Shown here in pieces: positions 18,642-27,742 of a stretch of 64,000 nt of DNA. A program made the position numbers and the translations under genes. The number at the start of each line of letters is the position of its first letter. Position 1 is the first letter of the stretch. The notes under the pieces were generated by a model that had not been told where the DNA came from, ran no database searches, and saw nothing but the letters and a program-made list of their open reading frames with translations. This stretch comes from an uncultured Porphyromonadaceae bacterium (GTDB taxonomy: Bacteria > Bacteroidota > Bacteroidia > Bacteroidales > Muribaculaceae): assembly GCA_900550395.1 (NCBI GenBank), contig URSD01000010.1, positions 2,610-66,609 on the forward strand. Direction: 5' to 3'.

Positions 18642-21401
18642 ATGATTCGAGATTTACTTTCCCGGCTGTGCGCAGGTCTGCGTACCCCGAAATGGCTGAA
18701 TCTGCCACTGCTGATTGCCATGCTCATGCCGCTGTGCACTCATGCGGCTGCTCTGCCCGACGGCGCTCCTGACTACGAGTTCTCCGTCGACAATGTAACC
18801 TATAAGTGTTATTACCACAGCAAGGAAAATAGCAGAAAGTACTATTCCGTGTATGCTCTGCCGGAAAATACCGGCATAAAGCATGCTTCAATCCGGCTTG
18901 ACTGGCATGACGGATTAAGCGACTACATTCCATCGGATGAACCCGGCTATATTGCCTGTGAATATAACAACCCGGCGACTCAACTCGTCAGTGGAGAGTG
19001 GGAGAAATGCAAGTCGCTCAAATGGATAGAGTTACTAATATACAATTGGAGCGATGAGATCACGGCAAATACCACAGACCTTTCTCCTCTTTCCAATATG
19101 AAGAAAATGTATATTTTCATTACAAATCAATTTTACCGGTCTTATCCCGCCTATCATGTATTTCAGAATCGTGACCTGCATCATACAATTGTTAATTGCT
19201 GTGGGAAGGTTTATGATTCAGACAAATCTGCGGAAAACATTATAACAGACAACATATATCTTTGGGACTTTGCTCCGACTCTTGTGAATGTTAAAACATT
19301 TGAGAAAAATACAGCTGTCTGCAATGATTTGGGGCTCTCGCCCAAAGTGGAATTATTCGGTCAAGGTGATTCTCAATTAGTAGTCACTTACGATGAACAT
19401 GGTAAAGTAATCGAGCCGCTGATTGGATATTGTGGTGGCCTTTTCAGTATAAATGAGCTTAAGGGTTCTTACTACGAGACTGACGGTTTAGGTGGTGACT
19501 TCGGCGAGGATATCTTCAAAGAATGTATTGACATACAAAATAAGGATGCATATGAGACAGCCGTTCCGAACGAAGATAAGATTGCAGAATACGGCTATTC
19601 TTCAGTAGCAGTGTATTGCAACAATGTACTAATCGAAAAGAACAAATTAGGGGAATATATCCTGCCAAATGGAAGATATGATTTCACATTCAATTATAAT
19701 GGATTTAAGATGCGCAAGCCTTATCAATCCACGGCCAATACACCATCACTTGACGATGTTTCAGTAAAATTACAATTGGAGTGGATGCCGCATGGTCTTA
19801 AAGCACATGCCGTTTTTGAACCGGATATTCCCGGCCTTTACGGGCTATATGGAATATCATATGCCCAATACAATAGTTATCCTAATTTCGTCCCAGTAGA
19901 TCAATATGTGCCTTTTGATGAAAACGGGAATGCTTTCCTAATATCAAATAATAGATTTTCCTTTATAAAAGATTCACAGTTAATTTTTCATGGCATTCAT
20001 CCACAATTTGCCGTATTCCGCATTTCAAAAGGGTTTCAGGCAATTGGGGAAATATACGACGACTATATTGCTGAAGATTGGGCTTGTCCAGCAATAATAA
20101 CACCACAAAAGATAGAGTTATACTTTGATAAACTTTATGATGACGGCCTTTTGAAGCCCACGGATAAGATTGGAGTTATATACGACAACACCAAATACTA
20201 CGCTACAGCTAATTCCTCTTATGACCATTGCGTGTTTTTTAATGATTTTTTGCCGTCTGAAAGCAAAGAATTTAGTGCATTTTATGAAATAGACGGCACA
20301 GAATATATATATGATTTTCACCCGGTAATGCCAACGCTTACAAGCAGCTATTCGTTAATAACTAAGACGCAATCGGCAAAAGTGATTTTCAAGATTCCCG
20401 AGGATAAAGCAGGTTATGATTCTTCGCTGGGTGATATAGTATTTGGGGATTTGGCGGTTTATCGTAGCGGCAAAAAAATGGAAGATGTCGAGGTGGAACA
20501 AACAGAACCGATGACTTTCAATGTTTTCAATCTTGACGTTGCGCAAGATTATGAATTACGAGGCTACTGGGAGTATCGACGCAAATCTGATGGCAAGACT
20601 TCTAATCGAACTAAGATAAAAGTGTTATTCAAATCGGAGACACCCAAATGGACCAGCGGCAGCTCCCAAGCCATGACCACAACAAAAGCAAGACTGATTT
20701 ACGAAACCAATCTTGAAAACGTGTCCGAGACTTACGTAGAGTGGCGACGGGTAGATGCGCCGGATGTTGTGCAGAGCAACAAAGCGGCATGCCCGGTAGT
20801 TGACGGTTGCCTTGTAGGCATACTGAACAATCTCAATCCGGATGTTTATTATAAGTTCCGTCCGATATATGAAGCCAACGACACAAAATACATCGGAGAA
20901 TGGATTGGCATTTTCACCGGCGACGCCAACGTTTGGTTCGACCCCGAGATCAACACTCGCCCGGCACGTGTCAGGAAAGACGGTTCTGTGACGCTGCAAG
21001 GCTCTGTGGTGCCCGGCAGCGGCGACATCAGCGAGCAGGGTTTCGAGGTATGGCCTAACGGCGGAGCACAGCATGCTCCGGGCAACGGCGTGGAGTCGTC
21101 GCATACATTCATAAAGTGCAATGGCATCAGCATTTCGACTGAACTGACCGACCTCAAGCAGGGTGTCACGTATACCTATCGCGCTTATGCAAAGGTGGAC
21201 GGACAGATGTACACCGGCTCGGAAGAGACGTTTACGATACCCGGCGAATCGGGAATTGATGATGTTCTCGGCGATGCTGAGGTACCGACAATTATCGGAT
21301 ATTACAATCTCCAGGGTCATCGCTCCGACCGTCCTTTCCCGGGCTTGAATATCGTGGTGTATTCCAACGGCAGGACAGAGAAACGAATCATCAGAGAATA
21401 A
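18642..21401 (+). CDS. Large secreted surface protein with Fn3-like domains and T9SS-type C-terminal sorting domain
   Basis: Signal peptide; LNNLNPDVYYKFRP and LKQGVTYTYRAYA Fn3 motifs; tail SGIDDV...GYYNLQG...GLNIVVYSNGRTEKRII; AT-rich middle. Confidence 0.8.
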   Translation: MIRDLLSRLCAGLRTPKWLNLPLLIAMLMPLCTHAAALPDGAPDYEFSVDNVTYKCYYHSKENSRKYYSVYALPENTGIKHASIRLDWHDGLSDYIPSDEPGYIACEYNNPATQLVSGEWEKCKSLKWIELLIYNWSDEITANTTDLSPLSNMKKMYIFITNQFYRSYPAYHVFQNRDLHHTIVNCCGKVYDSDKSAENIITDNIYLWDFAPTLVNVKTFEKNTAVCNDLGLSPKVELFGQGDSQLVVTYDEHGKVIEPLIGYCGGLFSINELKGSYYETDGLGGDFGEDIFKECIDIQNKDAYETAVPNEDKIAEYGYSSVAVYCNNVLIEKNKLGEYILPNGRYDFTFNYNGFKMRKPYQSTANTPSLDDVSVKLQLEWMPHGLKAHAVFEPDIPGLYGLYGISYAQYNSYPNFVPVDQYVPFDENGNAFLISNNRFSFIKDSQLIFHGIHPQFAVFRISKGFQAIGEIYDDYIAEDWACPAIITPQKIELYFDKLYDDGLLKPTDKIGVIYDNTKYYATANSSYDHCVFFNDFLPSESKEFSAFYEIDGTEYIYDFHPVMPTLTSSYSLITKTQSAKVIFKIPEDKAGYDSSLGDIVFGDLAVYRSGKKMEDVEVEQTEPMTFNVFNLDVAQDYELRGYWEYRRKSDGKTSNRTKIKVLFKSETPKWTSGSSQAMTTTKARLIYETNLENVSETYVEWRRVDAPDVVQSNKAACPVVDGCLVGILNNLNPDVYYKFRPIYEANDTKYIGEWIGIFTGDANVWFDPEINTRPARVRKDGSVTLQGSVVPGSGDISEQGFEVWPNGGAQHAPGNGVESSHTFIKCNGISISTELTDLKQGVTYTYRAYAKVDGQMYTGSEETFTIPGESGIDDVLGDAEVPTIIGYYNLQGHRSDRPFPGLNIVVYSNGRTEKRIIRE

Positions 21402-21418
21402 TCCTGCCAAATTGAGAG

Positions 21419-21457
21419 AACGGAGCCATGCATCAGCGTATGCACGGCTCCGTTTTT
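21419..21457 (+). terminator. Terminator of T9SS cargo gene
   Basis: AACGGAGCC...GGCTCCGTT followed by T run. Confidence 0.75.
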
Positions 21458-21462
21458 GCTAC

Positions 21463-21500
21463 AAAAAAATCCTCCGCGCGGGGTGGGTGCGCGGAGGATT
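21463..21500 (-). terminator. Terminator of OmpA gene
   Basis: TCCTCCGCGC/GCGCGGAGGA stem with T7 on minus strand. Confidence 0.8.
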
Positions 21501-21517
21501 GTTGAGTTATGGCTCGA

Positions 21518-22723
21518 TTATTCAGCGACGCTGAAGATGACGATGCGGTTCCAGTTGTTGGTGTCGTAGGGCTGCTTGTCGCTGCCTTCGGCGACGATGG
21601 AGAGGCGGTCGGGGCTGATGCCGTAGGTGCGGGTGAGGACGTCGTAGACGGCCTGTGCGCGGCGCTTGGAGAGCTTCATGTTGTAGGCGGCGGTGCCGGT
21701 GTCCTTGTCGGCGTAGCCTGCGATGGCGACGTTCTGGTCGGGGTTATCCTTCATCCACTTGGCTATGTTGTAGATGTTTACTTCCTCCTGCGGGGCTATG
21801 CGGGCCGAGTTGAGGGAGAAGCGCACGGTAGCCATGAGAGGTGCGGCGGGAGCCTCCACTATCTCGGCAGCTTCCACTTCGGGGCAGGGGAGCTGTGCCT
21901 CGGCAGCTGCGAGAGCTGCGCCTGTGGTGGCGAGTTCGGCACGCAGGTCGTTGACCTGGTTGTTTAGGTTTGCAATGTAGCCGGTGTAGTCGCAGGGGTT
22001 GTAGCTGTTGAAGCCGCTGCCGCCGAAGTTGATGGTGAAGCCGCCGATGGCGCTGATGTTCAGGTCGACGGGTACGCCGTAGGCTGTGCCGTTGAAGACG
22101 TCGCCCAGGAACTGTACGCGTCCTTCGGCGAAGAAGTCGACGTAGCGGCTGAGGCGGAAGCGGAGCTGGAGGCCGGCGGAGATGTCGGGAGCCCAGGTGG
22201 TGGATTTGTGGCGTGTCTTGCCGCCGGCTATGTTGCCTGCGGGCTGCATGTTCCAGGCGTAGGCGGCTCCGAGTCCGGCGAAGGGCACGATGGAGAAGAC
22301 GCGGTCGGTGTTGACGCCGCCGAGGCCGTTGAACATGTCCCACATGAAGTCGACGGAGCCGGCCACGTAGTTCATCTTATGGTAGGTGACGTTGTCCCAG
22401 TGGAGCGTGCCGCCCATGAAGTTCATGCGTGTGGCGAAGTAGGGTGTGAACCATTTGCCGAAGGCCACGTCGTAGACGGCCGTGAGATGGTGCTTCTTGC
22501 TGCCGTTGACGTCGCTGAACTCAAAGAATGGCGAGTTGATGCCCGCACCGAGCTGCAGGAACCAGTTGTCGGCATGGCCGCTGTAATAGTGTGTGGCGCA
22601 GGGCACTTCTGCTACTGTGATGGTTTCTTCTTCCACAATCACTGCAGGCTCTTGTGCCAGAGCCGATACTCCGGGGAGGAGAAGGACAGCCGCGGCTGCC
22701 AGAATCTGCTTTTTCATAATCAC
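21518..22723 (-). CDS. OmpA-family outer membrane protein (Omp40/41-like)
   Basis: DNWFLQLGAG, GKWFTP, coiled coil, GYADKDTGTAAYNMKLSKRRA OmpA_C motif, NWNRIV. Confidence 0.92.
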   Translation of the reverse strand: MIMKKQILAAAAVLLLPGVSALAQEPAVIVEEETITVAEVPCATHYYSGHADNWFLQLGAGINSPFFEFSDVNGSKKHHLTAVYDVAFGKWFTPYFATRMNFMGGTLHWDNVTYHKMNYVAGSVDFMWDMFNGLGGVNTDRVFSIVPFAGLGAAYAWNMQPAGNIAGGKTRHKSTTWAPDISAGLQLRFRLSRYVDFFAEGRVQFLGDVFNGTAYGVPVDLNISAIGGFTINFGGSGFNSYNPCDYTGYIANLNNQVNDLRAELATTGAALAAAEAQLPCPEVEAAEIVEAPAAPLMATVRFSLNSARIAPQEEVNIYNIAKWMKDNPDQNVAIAGYADKDTGTAAYNMKLSKRRAQAVYDVLTRTYGISPDRLSIVAEGSDKQPYDTNNWNRIVIFSVAE

Positions 22724-22856
22724 GAGAGAGTTGAATAAGTGAAACGTTAATAAATCTGTAAGTAATTTAAAAACATGCGGCCTTTAATATTTGTTCGCCG
22801 GGGACCAAAAAACAAATAAATTTGCTTTATGCTCGACTTAATCGTATCTTTGTGGC

Positions 22857-23714
22857 ATGAAACTGTTTGAACGCTTCATCCCCGGTTCGGCCGACCTCGG
22901 TTCGGCCGACAGCGGGGAGCGCCGCAGGCGCTACCGCCGCATCGACTATGTGAACGAGGCGGCGTTCTCGCGCGTGTGGAGCGTGCGCTTCGCGCGCCGC
23001 GAGGCATTCCTGCTGGGCGCGCTGGCCGTGGCCGCCGTGGCCGCGCTGGTGTATGTGGTGATTGCTTTCACGCCGTTGCGCTCCATGCTGCCGGGCCAGT
23101 TGCCGGGCGACATGCGGGGCCGCTATGTGGAGGCCACGCTGCGCCTCGACTCGCTCACGCGAGCAATGCATCAGAACGAACGTTATCTGGCAGATGTGGC
23201 GGCCATACTCGAAGGCCGGGTCGACCCGGACTCGGCGCGCCTCTCGCACTCGGCGCTGAACGAGCTGTCGGACACGCTGATGGCTGCATCGGATGCCGAA
23301 CGCGCTTTCGTGCAGAAGTTCGAGAACACGCAGCGCTACAATCTCTCTGTGCTGGCTCCTATCGCCGCCGAGGGCATGGCCTTCTACAGCCCGGCGCCCG
23401 GCGCCGAGCCGCAGGCGTCGCCCGACGGCACGAGCGTGGAGCTGCACGGCGAGCGCCGGCAGGGCATTGATGCGATATACCGCGGCACGGTGGTGGCCGC
23501 GTCGACCGACTCACGCGGCCTCTATACCGTCGTCATACAGCATCCCAACGAGTTCGTGAGCGTATGCTCGGGACTGGCTGAGAGCTTTGTGCGGCGCGGC
23601 GACATGCCTGCGACGGGTGCGCGCATAGGGGTGACGCCCCCGGACGGCATCATGCGCTTCGAGCTGTGGCACAAGGGCGTCGCGCTTAACCCCGAGGACT
23701 ATGTGGCATTTTAA
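22857..23714 (+). CDS. M23/LytM-fold membrane-anchored protein with degenerate active site
   Basis: IAFTPLRSMLPG, AIYRGTVV, VIQHPNEFVS, FELWHKGVALNPEDY; no HxxxD or HxH. Confidence 0.75.
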   Translation: MKLFERFIPGSADLGSADSGERRRRYRRIDYVNEAAFSRVWSVRFARREAFLLGALAVAAVAALVYVVIAFTPLRSMLPGQLPGDMRGRYVEATLRLDSLTRAMHQNERYLADVAAILEGRVDPDSARLSHSALNELSDTLMAASDAERAFVQKFENTQRYNLSVLAPIAAEGMAFYSPAPGAEPQASPDGTSVELHGERRQGIDAIYRGTVVAASTDSRGLYTVVIQHPNEFVSVCSGLAESFVRRGDMPATGARIGVTPPDGIMRFELWHKGVALNPEDYVAF

Positions 23715-24111
23715 GCGTTTCCTCCTCGCGTGGTGGCCCACTGCTGCGGTGGTGGCGCTGATTCTCTATGCCGTGCTTACGCCCAATCCTCCGCAGCCCG
23801 AGGGGCTGAAGCTCTTCGATGGCGCCGACAAGGTGGTACACGCCTGCATGATGGCGACGCTTATGGCGGTGGCCGTCTTCGACAGGCGGCGTGCCGGTCT
23901 TCCCTGCCGCATGGCCGGTATCGCGGTTGTGGCGCTGTGGGTGATGGCCTTCGGCGTGATTACGGAAATCATGCAGGGAACGATGACAGATGTGCGCAGC
24001 GCCGACCCCGCCGACGTGTGCGCCGACTGGGCCGGCACCATACTTACCGCCGCCGCAGCATATTTCCTGCTAAGAGCAGGAGCAGATCACTCGGCGTCCC
24101 GCACTTCCTGA
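23701..24111 (+). CDS. VanZ-family membrane protein
   Basis: DKVVHACM, TEIMQG, RSADPADVCADWAG motifs. Confidence 0.8.
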   Translation: MWHFKRFLLAWWPTAAVVALILYAVLTPNPPQPEGLKLFDGADKVVHACMMATLMAVAVFDRRRAGLPCRMAGIAVVALWVMAFGVITEIMQGTMTDVRSADPADVCADWAGTILTAAAAYFLLRAGADHSASRTS

Positions 24112-24701
24112 AGGCGGGCGAGATATTTGCCTATGATGTCGAACTCGAGGTTGACGCGGGTGCCGGGCTCTATGCGGCAGAAGTTGGTGTGCTCGAGCGT
24201 GTAGGGGATGATGGCTACGCGGAAGGAGCGCAGCTCGCTGTCGCAGACGGTGAGGCTGACGCCGTTGACGGTGACGGAGCCTTTCTCCACCGTCATGTAG
24301 CCTTTGGCGGCCATCTCGGCCGGAACATCGTACTCGAACTTGAAGTAGCGGCTGCCGTCCACTTCCTCCACTTCGGTGCAGACGGCGGTGGTGTCGACAT
24401 GGCCCTGCACGATGTGGCCGTCGAGGCGTCCGTTCATGAGCATGGAGCGCTCCAGGTTGACGAGGTCGCCCTCGCGGAGCAGCCCGAGGTTGGAACGGTC
24501 GAGGGTCTCCTGTATGGCTGTGACGGTGTAGGTGGAGTCGGGGTTGAGTGCTACGACGGTGAGGCACACGCCGTTGTGGGCCACGGACTGGTCGATTTTT
24601 AGCTCGTTGGCGAAGCTGCACCGCACGGTGAGGTGCAGATTGCCGCCCTCGCGCTTTGCGGCGGTGACGGTGGCGGCTTCTTCTACTATACCGGAAAACA
24701 T
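24087..24701 (-). CDS. ribE: Riboflavin synthase
   Basis: MFSGIVEE start, NGVCLTV, VNLERS, GHIVQGHVD. Confidence 0.96.
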   Translation of the reverse strand: MFSGIVEEAATVTAAKREGGNLHLTVRCSFANELKIDQSVAHNGVCLTVVALNPDSTYTVTAIQETLDRSNLGLLREGDLVNLERSMLMNGRLDGHIVQGHVDTTAVCTEVEEVDGSRYFKFEYDVPAEMAAKGYMTVEKGSVTVNGVSLTVCDSELRSFRVAIIPYTLEHTNFCRIEPGTRVNLEFDIIGKYLARLQEVRDAE

Positions 24702-24713
24702 ATCTGTCAGTTA

Positions 24714-25072
24714 GAGGCTGTTTAAAAACAGATGTTAACACAGGGGCGGTCAATCTCCGGGCGATTTTTGTCGTCTGATGAGGGAGTGTGGCCGTAGCCA
24801 CTCGACCGAAGAAGACGGCGGAAAGCGCCGGAGAGGGACCGAGGCGAGCTGACTTTTATCATCTGTTTGTTTATCATACTGTTATTTTAATATTTCTTTC
24901 GTTTTGTCCGGAGGCTGATTTTATCATGAAAAGTTACTTCGGCTTTGCATCTTTTGGGTGTCTTTCATCCTTTGTCACAGTCGCGTACATCCAGTACGCT
25001 CCTGCTCCCGCAGGATGAAATACCCTCCAAAATATGCAACCCCTGTGTTAACATCCGTTTTTAAACAGCCTC
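24714..25072. mobile_element. MITE copy 2, 359 bp
   Basis: Same 33-bp TIRs; 4 substitutions versus 9392-9750 by eye. Confidence 0.88.
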
Positions 25073-25084
25073 TTGATTTTGAGT

Positions 25085-25969
25085 TTATGATATTGCGGCT
25101 GCGATGGCGAAGGCCAGGGCGTAGGCGAGCATGCTCATGGCGGTCATGCCCAGCAGGGGGTTGAGGGCGCTGCCGCTGCGGCGTCCGAGCATGCGCCGGA
25201 GGGCCACGGCTGCGGCGAGGTAGGCCACGGGGATGACGCGTGCGGCTGCGGGCATCGTGAGCCACACGGGGAGCGACAGGGCCACGGCTATGACGGCGTT
25301 GAGCAGATAGGCTGCGCGCATGGCGCGGCGTCCCAGCATCACGCACAGCGTGCGCTTGCCTACGGCGAGGTCGTCGTCGCGGTCGCGGTAGTTGTTGACT
25401 ATAAGCAGGTTGGCGGCCATGAGGCCTATGCCTATGGCGCCCATGACGACGGTCGCGGTGCATGTGCGGCTCTGCACATAGTAGCAGAGGGTCACGGGCA
25501 CGAGGCCGAAGAATATTATCACCATCACTTCGCCGAGGCCGTGGTGCGACAGCGGGTAGGGTCCTGTGCTGTAGGCCAGGGCGGCAAGGACGATGAAGAT
25601 GCCTGCGATGACGAGCCACCAGCCGCCCCAGGCCACGAGCGAGAGCCCTGTGGCGCAGGCGATGCCCAGGGTGATGTAGGTGGCGCGCAGCATTGCGCGG
25701 GGTGTGATGTCGCCCTCGGTGACACCGCGGCGGGGGCCGTCGCGCCCGGCGCGGTCGAGGCCGCCGGTGAAGTCGTAGTATTCGTTGGCGAAGTTGCTGG
25801 CTATCTGCGCCAGGATGGCGAAAATCAGGCAGATACCCGCAGGCGCGGGGTCGAAACAGCCGTCGTGGAGAGCGTAGCCGCAGGCGGCCACCACTCCTGC
25901 GGCCGACACGGGCAGCGTGCGCAGCCGCATGGCTTCAATCCAGCATTTCAGCGTTCGGGTCGTGATCAT
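25085..25969 (-). CDS. menA: 1,4-dihydroxy-2-naphthoate octaprenyltransferase
   Basis: RLRTLP, QIASNFANEYYDF, NNYRDRDDDLAVGKRTL. Confidence 0.95.
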   Translation of the reverse strand: MITTRTLKCWIEAMRLRTLPVSAAGVVAACGYALHDGCFDPAPAGICLIFAILAQIASNFANEYYDFTGGLDRAGRDGPRRGVTEGDITPRAMLRATYITLGIACATGLSLVAWGGWWLVIAGIFIVLAALAYSTGPYPLSHHGLGEVMVIIFFGLVPVTLCYYVQSRTCTATVVMGAIGIGLMAANLLIVNNYRDRDDDLAVGKRTLCVMLGRRAMRAAYLLNAVIAVALSLPVWLTMPAAARVIPVAYLAAAVALRRMLGRRSGSALNPLLGMTAMSMLAYALAFAIAAAIS

Positions 25970-25989
25970 GCTGCAAAGTTACAAAAAAT

Positions 25990-26168
25990 AGTTTATAGTT
26001 GAGAGTGTATAGGTAAGAGGGGTGCGGGCGCGCTGCGCCCGCAGTTAGGAGTGAGGAGTTGGCGGTGATGACGAGAAACAAGGACATAAGGTCAGAGGCA
26101 ACAAAAAAATTAATTTGTTATTTGTGTCATTTCTGTATTTTTGTTTCGATAACACCCTCACTCCCACT
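25990..26168. repeat. Composite intergenic repeat (31-bp motif, GGAGT heptamers, 9-bp-period arms)
   Basis: AGTTTATAGTTGAGAGTGTATAGGTAAGAGG at 25990-26020; 26117-26155 near-identical to 33172-33210. Confidence 0.7.
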
Positions 26169-26550
26169 ATCTGATGTGTTCGATTCGGAAGGCGGCGCTG
26201 CGGATGGGGGCCGGGATGGCGCTGCGCTGCGCGGCGAGCTCGTCTTCCACGCCCGGGGCGTCGCCGCAAAGGACGAGGAGGTCGACGTCGTGCCAGTCGT
26301 GGATGATGCGGCGCAGGGCCGCGGCGGTCGGCATGGAGGCGGGATAGGCGCGCACCGTGGAGGGCGTGCCGGCAGGGGCGGCGAGCACGGCCGTGCGGCA
26401 GCCTGCGGCGGCATGGCGGGCGGCTTCGGCGAGCACGGCGACGCTGTCGCTGCCGGCCACCACCACTCGCGGCCCGGCGCTGCGGCGCCGCACGGCCCGG
26501 ACGCCCGACCGGTACTGCTCCATTTTCGTTTCCAGATAGTTGTCTGCCAT
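26167..26550 (-). CDS. Small protein resembling a truncated short-chain dehydrogenase N-terminus
   Basis: MADNYLE start, RVVVAG, W.DVDLLV resemble the SDR Rossmann segment; no YxxxK. Confidence 0.55.
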   Translation of the reverse strand: MADNYLETKMEQYRSGVRAVRRRSAGPRVVVAGSDSVAVLAEAARHAAAGCRTAVLAAPAGTPSTVRAYPASMPTAAALRRIIHDWHDVDLLVLCGDAPGVEDELAAQRSAIPAPIRSAAFRIEHIR

Positions 26551-26733
26551 GTTGTCTGAAACAGCAACGGCGCGTCGTCATCGACGTGCCGTTGCAGGTA
26601 TTACATTTGCTACTATAGGTTGGTTTTCAGCTGAATTTAGATTTGGCCGTTTTTCGGTTGTCGCAAAGTTACGGCGTCGATGTTACATACCTGTGACGCT
26701 TGCGCTACATGTGCGTTACGCCGTAAGATTTGT

Positions 26734-27729
26734 TCAATCGAATGTGGCGGCGATGCGGTTCATTACCTTCTGCGCCGACATGCGGCGGTAGAGGATGTCG
26801 TAGACGCCGTCCAGAATGGGCATCGCCACCTGATAGTTGCGGTTGATGTCGTGGATGCACTTGGTGCCGTAGTATCCCTCGGCCGTCTGCTCCATCTCCA
26901 TGCGGGCGGCCGTGACGGAGTAGCCGCGGCCTATCATGGAGCCGAAGTTGTGGTTGCGCGAGAAGCGCGAGTAGGCCGTCACGAGCAGGTCGCCGAGGTA
27001 GACGCTGTCGCAGATCTGCCTGGGGCGGTGGTCAACGCTGTCGAGGAAGCGCTCCATCTCGCGGATGGAGTTGCTGACGAGCACGGCCAGGGTGTTGTCG
27101 CCCAGCTTCATGCCGTGGACTATGCCCGCGGCGATGGCGTAGACGTTCTTGAGCACGGCGGCGTACTCGATGCCGTTGAGGTCGGTGGAGGTGACGGTGT
27201 GGGTGTGCTTCCCGGCTATGCAGCGGGCGAAGGCGTCGGCGAGCTCGGGCGTGTGGCAGCCTATGGTGAGGATGCTGAGGCGGTCCAGAGCCACTTCCTC
27301 GGCGTGGCAGGGGCCGGAGATGCAGAGCATGTGGTCGGGGTTGATGCCGAAGTGCTTGCACATGTAGTCCGTGACGAGCTCGTTGCTGTCAGGCACGATG
27401 CCCTTGATGGCCGAGACGACGTACTTGCCCTCCAGCGGCACGGTGACCTTCGCCATGTGGTCCTTGAAGTAGGGCGACGGCATGGCAAGGAGGAGGGTGT
27501 CGGCGGCGGCGCATACCTCGTTGATGTCGCTGGAGAAGGCTATGCGGTTGATGTCGAAGTCTACGTCCGTGAGGTAGGCGGGGTTGTGGCCCAGGCGCTT
27601 GAAGTCGTCGATACGGTCGTCGCGGCGCATGTACCAGTGTATCATCTCGCAGTTCTGGAGCAGCAGTTTTGCCAGGGCGGTGGCCCAGCTGCCGCCGCCC
27701 AGCACAGCTATGTTACCGGGAAAAGTCAT
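26734..27729 (-). CDS. gpsA: NAD(P)H-dependent glycerol-3-phosphate dehydrogenase
   Basis: GGGSWATAL, SGPCHAEEV, LKNVYAI, GDLLVTAYSRFSRN. Confidence 0.96.
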   Translation of the reverse strand: MTFPGNIAVLGGGSWATALAKLLLQNCEMIHWYMRRDDRIDDFKRLGHNPAYLTDVDFDINRIAFSSDINEVCAAADTLLLAMPSPYFKDHMAKVTVPLEGKYVVSAIKGIVPDSNELVTDYMCKHFGINPDHMLCISGPCHAEEVALDRLSILTIGCHTPELADAFARCIAGKHTHTVTSTDLNGIEYAAVLKNVYAIAAGIVHGMKLGDNTLAVLVSNSIREMERFLDSVDHRPRQICDSVYLGDLLVTAYSRFSRNHNFGSMIGRGYSVTAARMEMEQTAEGYYGTKCIHDINRNYQVAMPILDGVYDILYRRMSAQKVMNRIAATFD

Positions 27730-27742
27730 GGCTGCGTACGGT

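Noticed and set aside
25990..26020. Dispersed 30-bp repeat as integron attC sites
   Set aside because: No RYYYAAC...GTTRRRY pairing, no integrase, and genes are not arrayed in tandem
26636..26648. AAATCTAA in this leader as a target of the 8246-8312 sRNA
   Set aside because: Only 8 AU-rich base pairs, expected by chance
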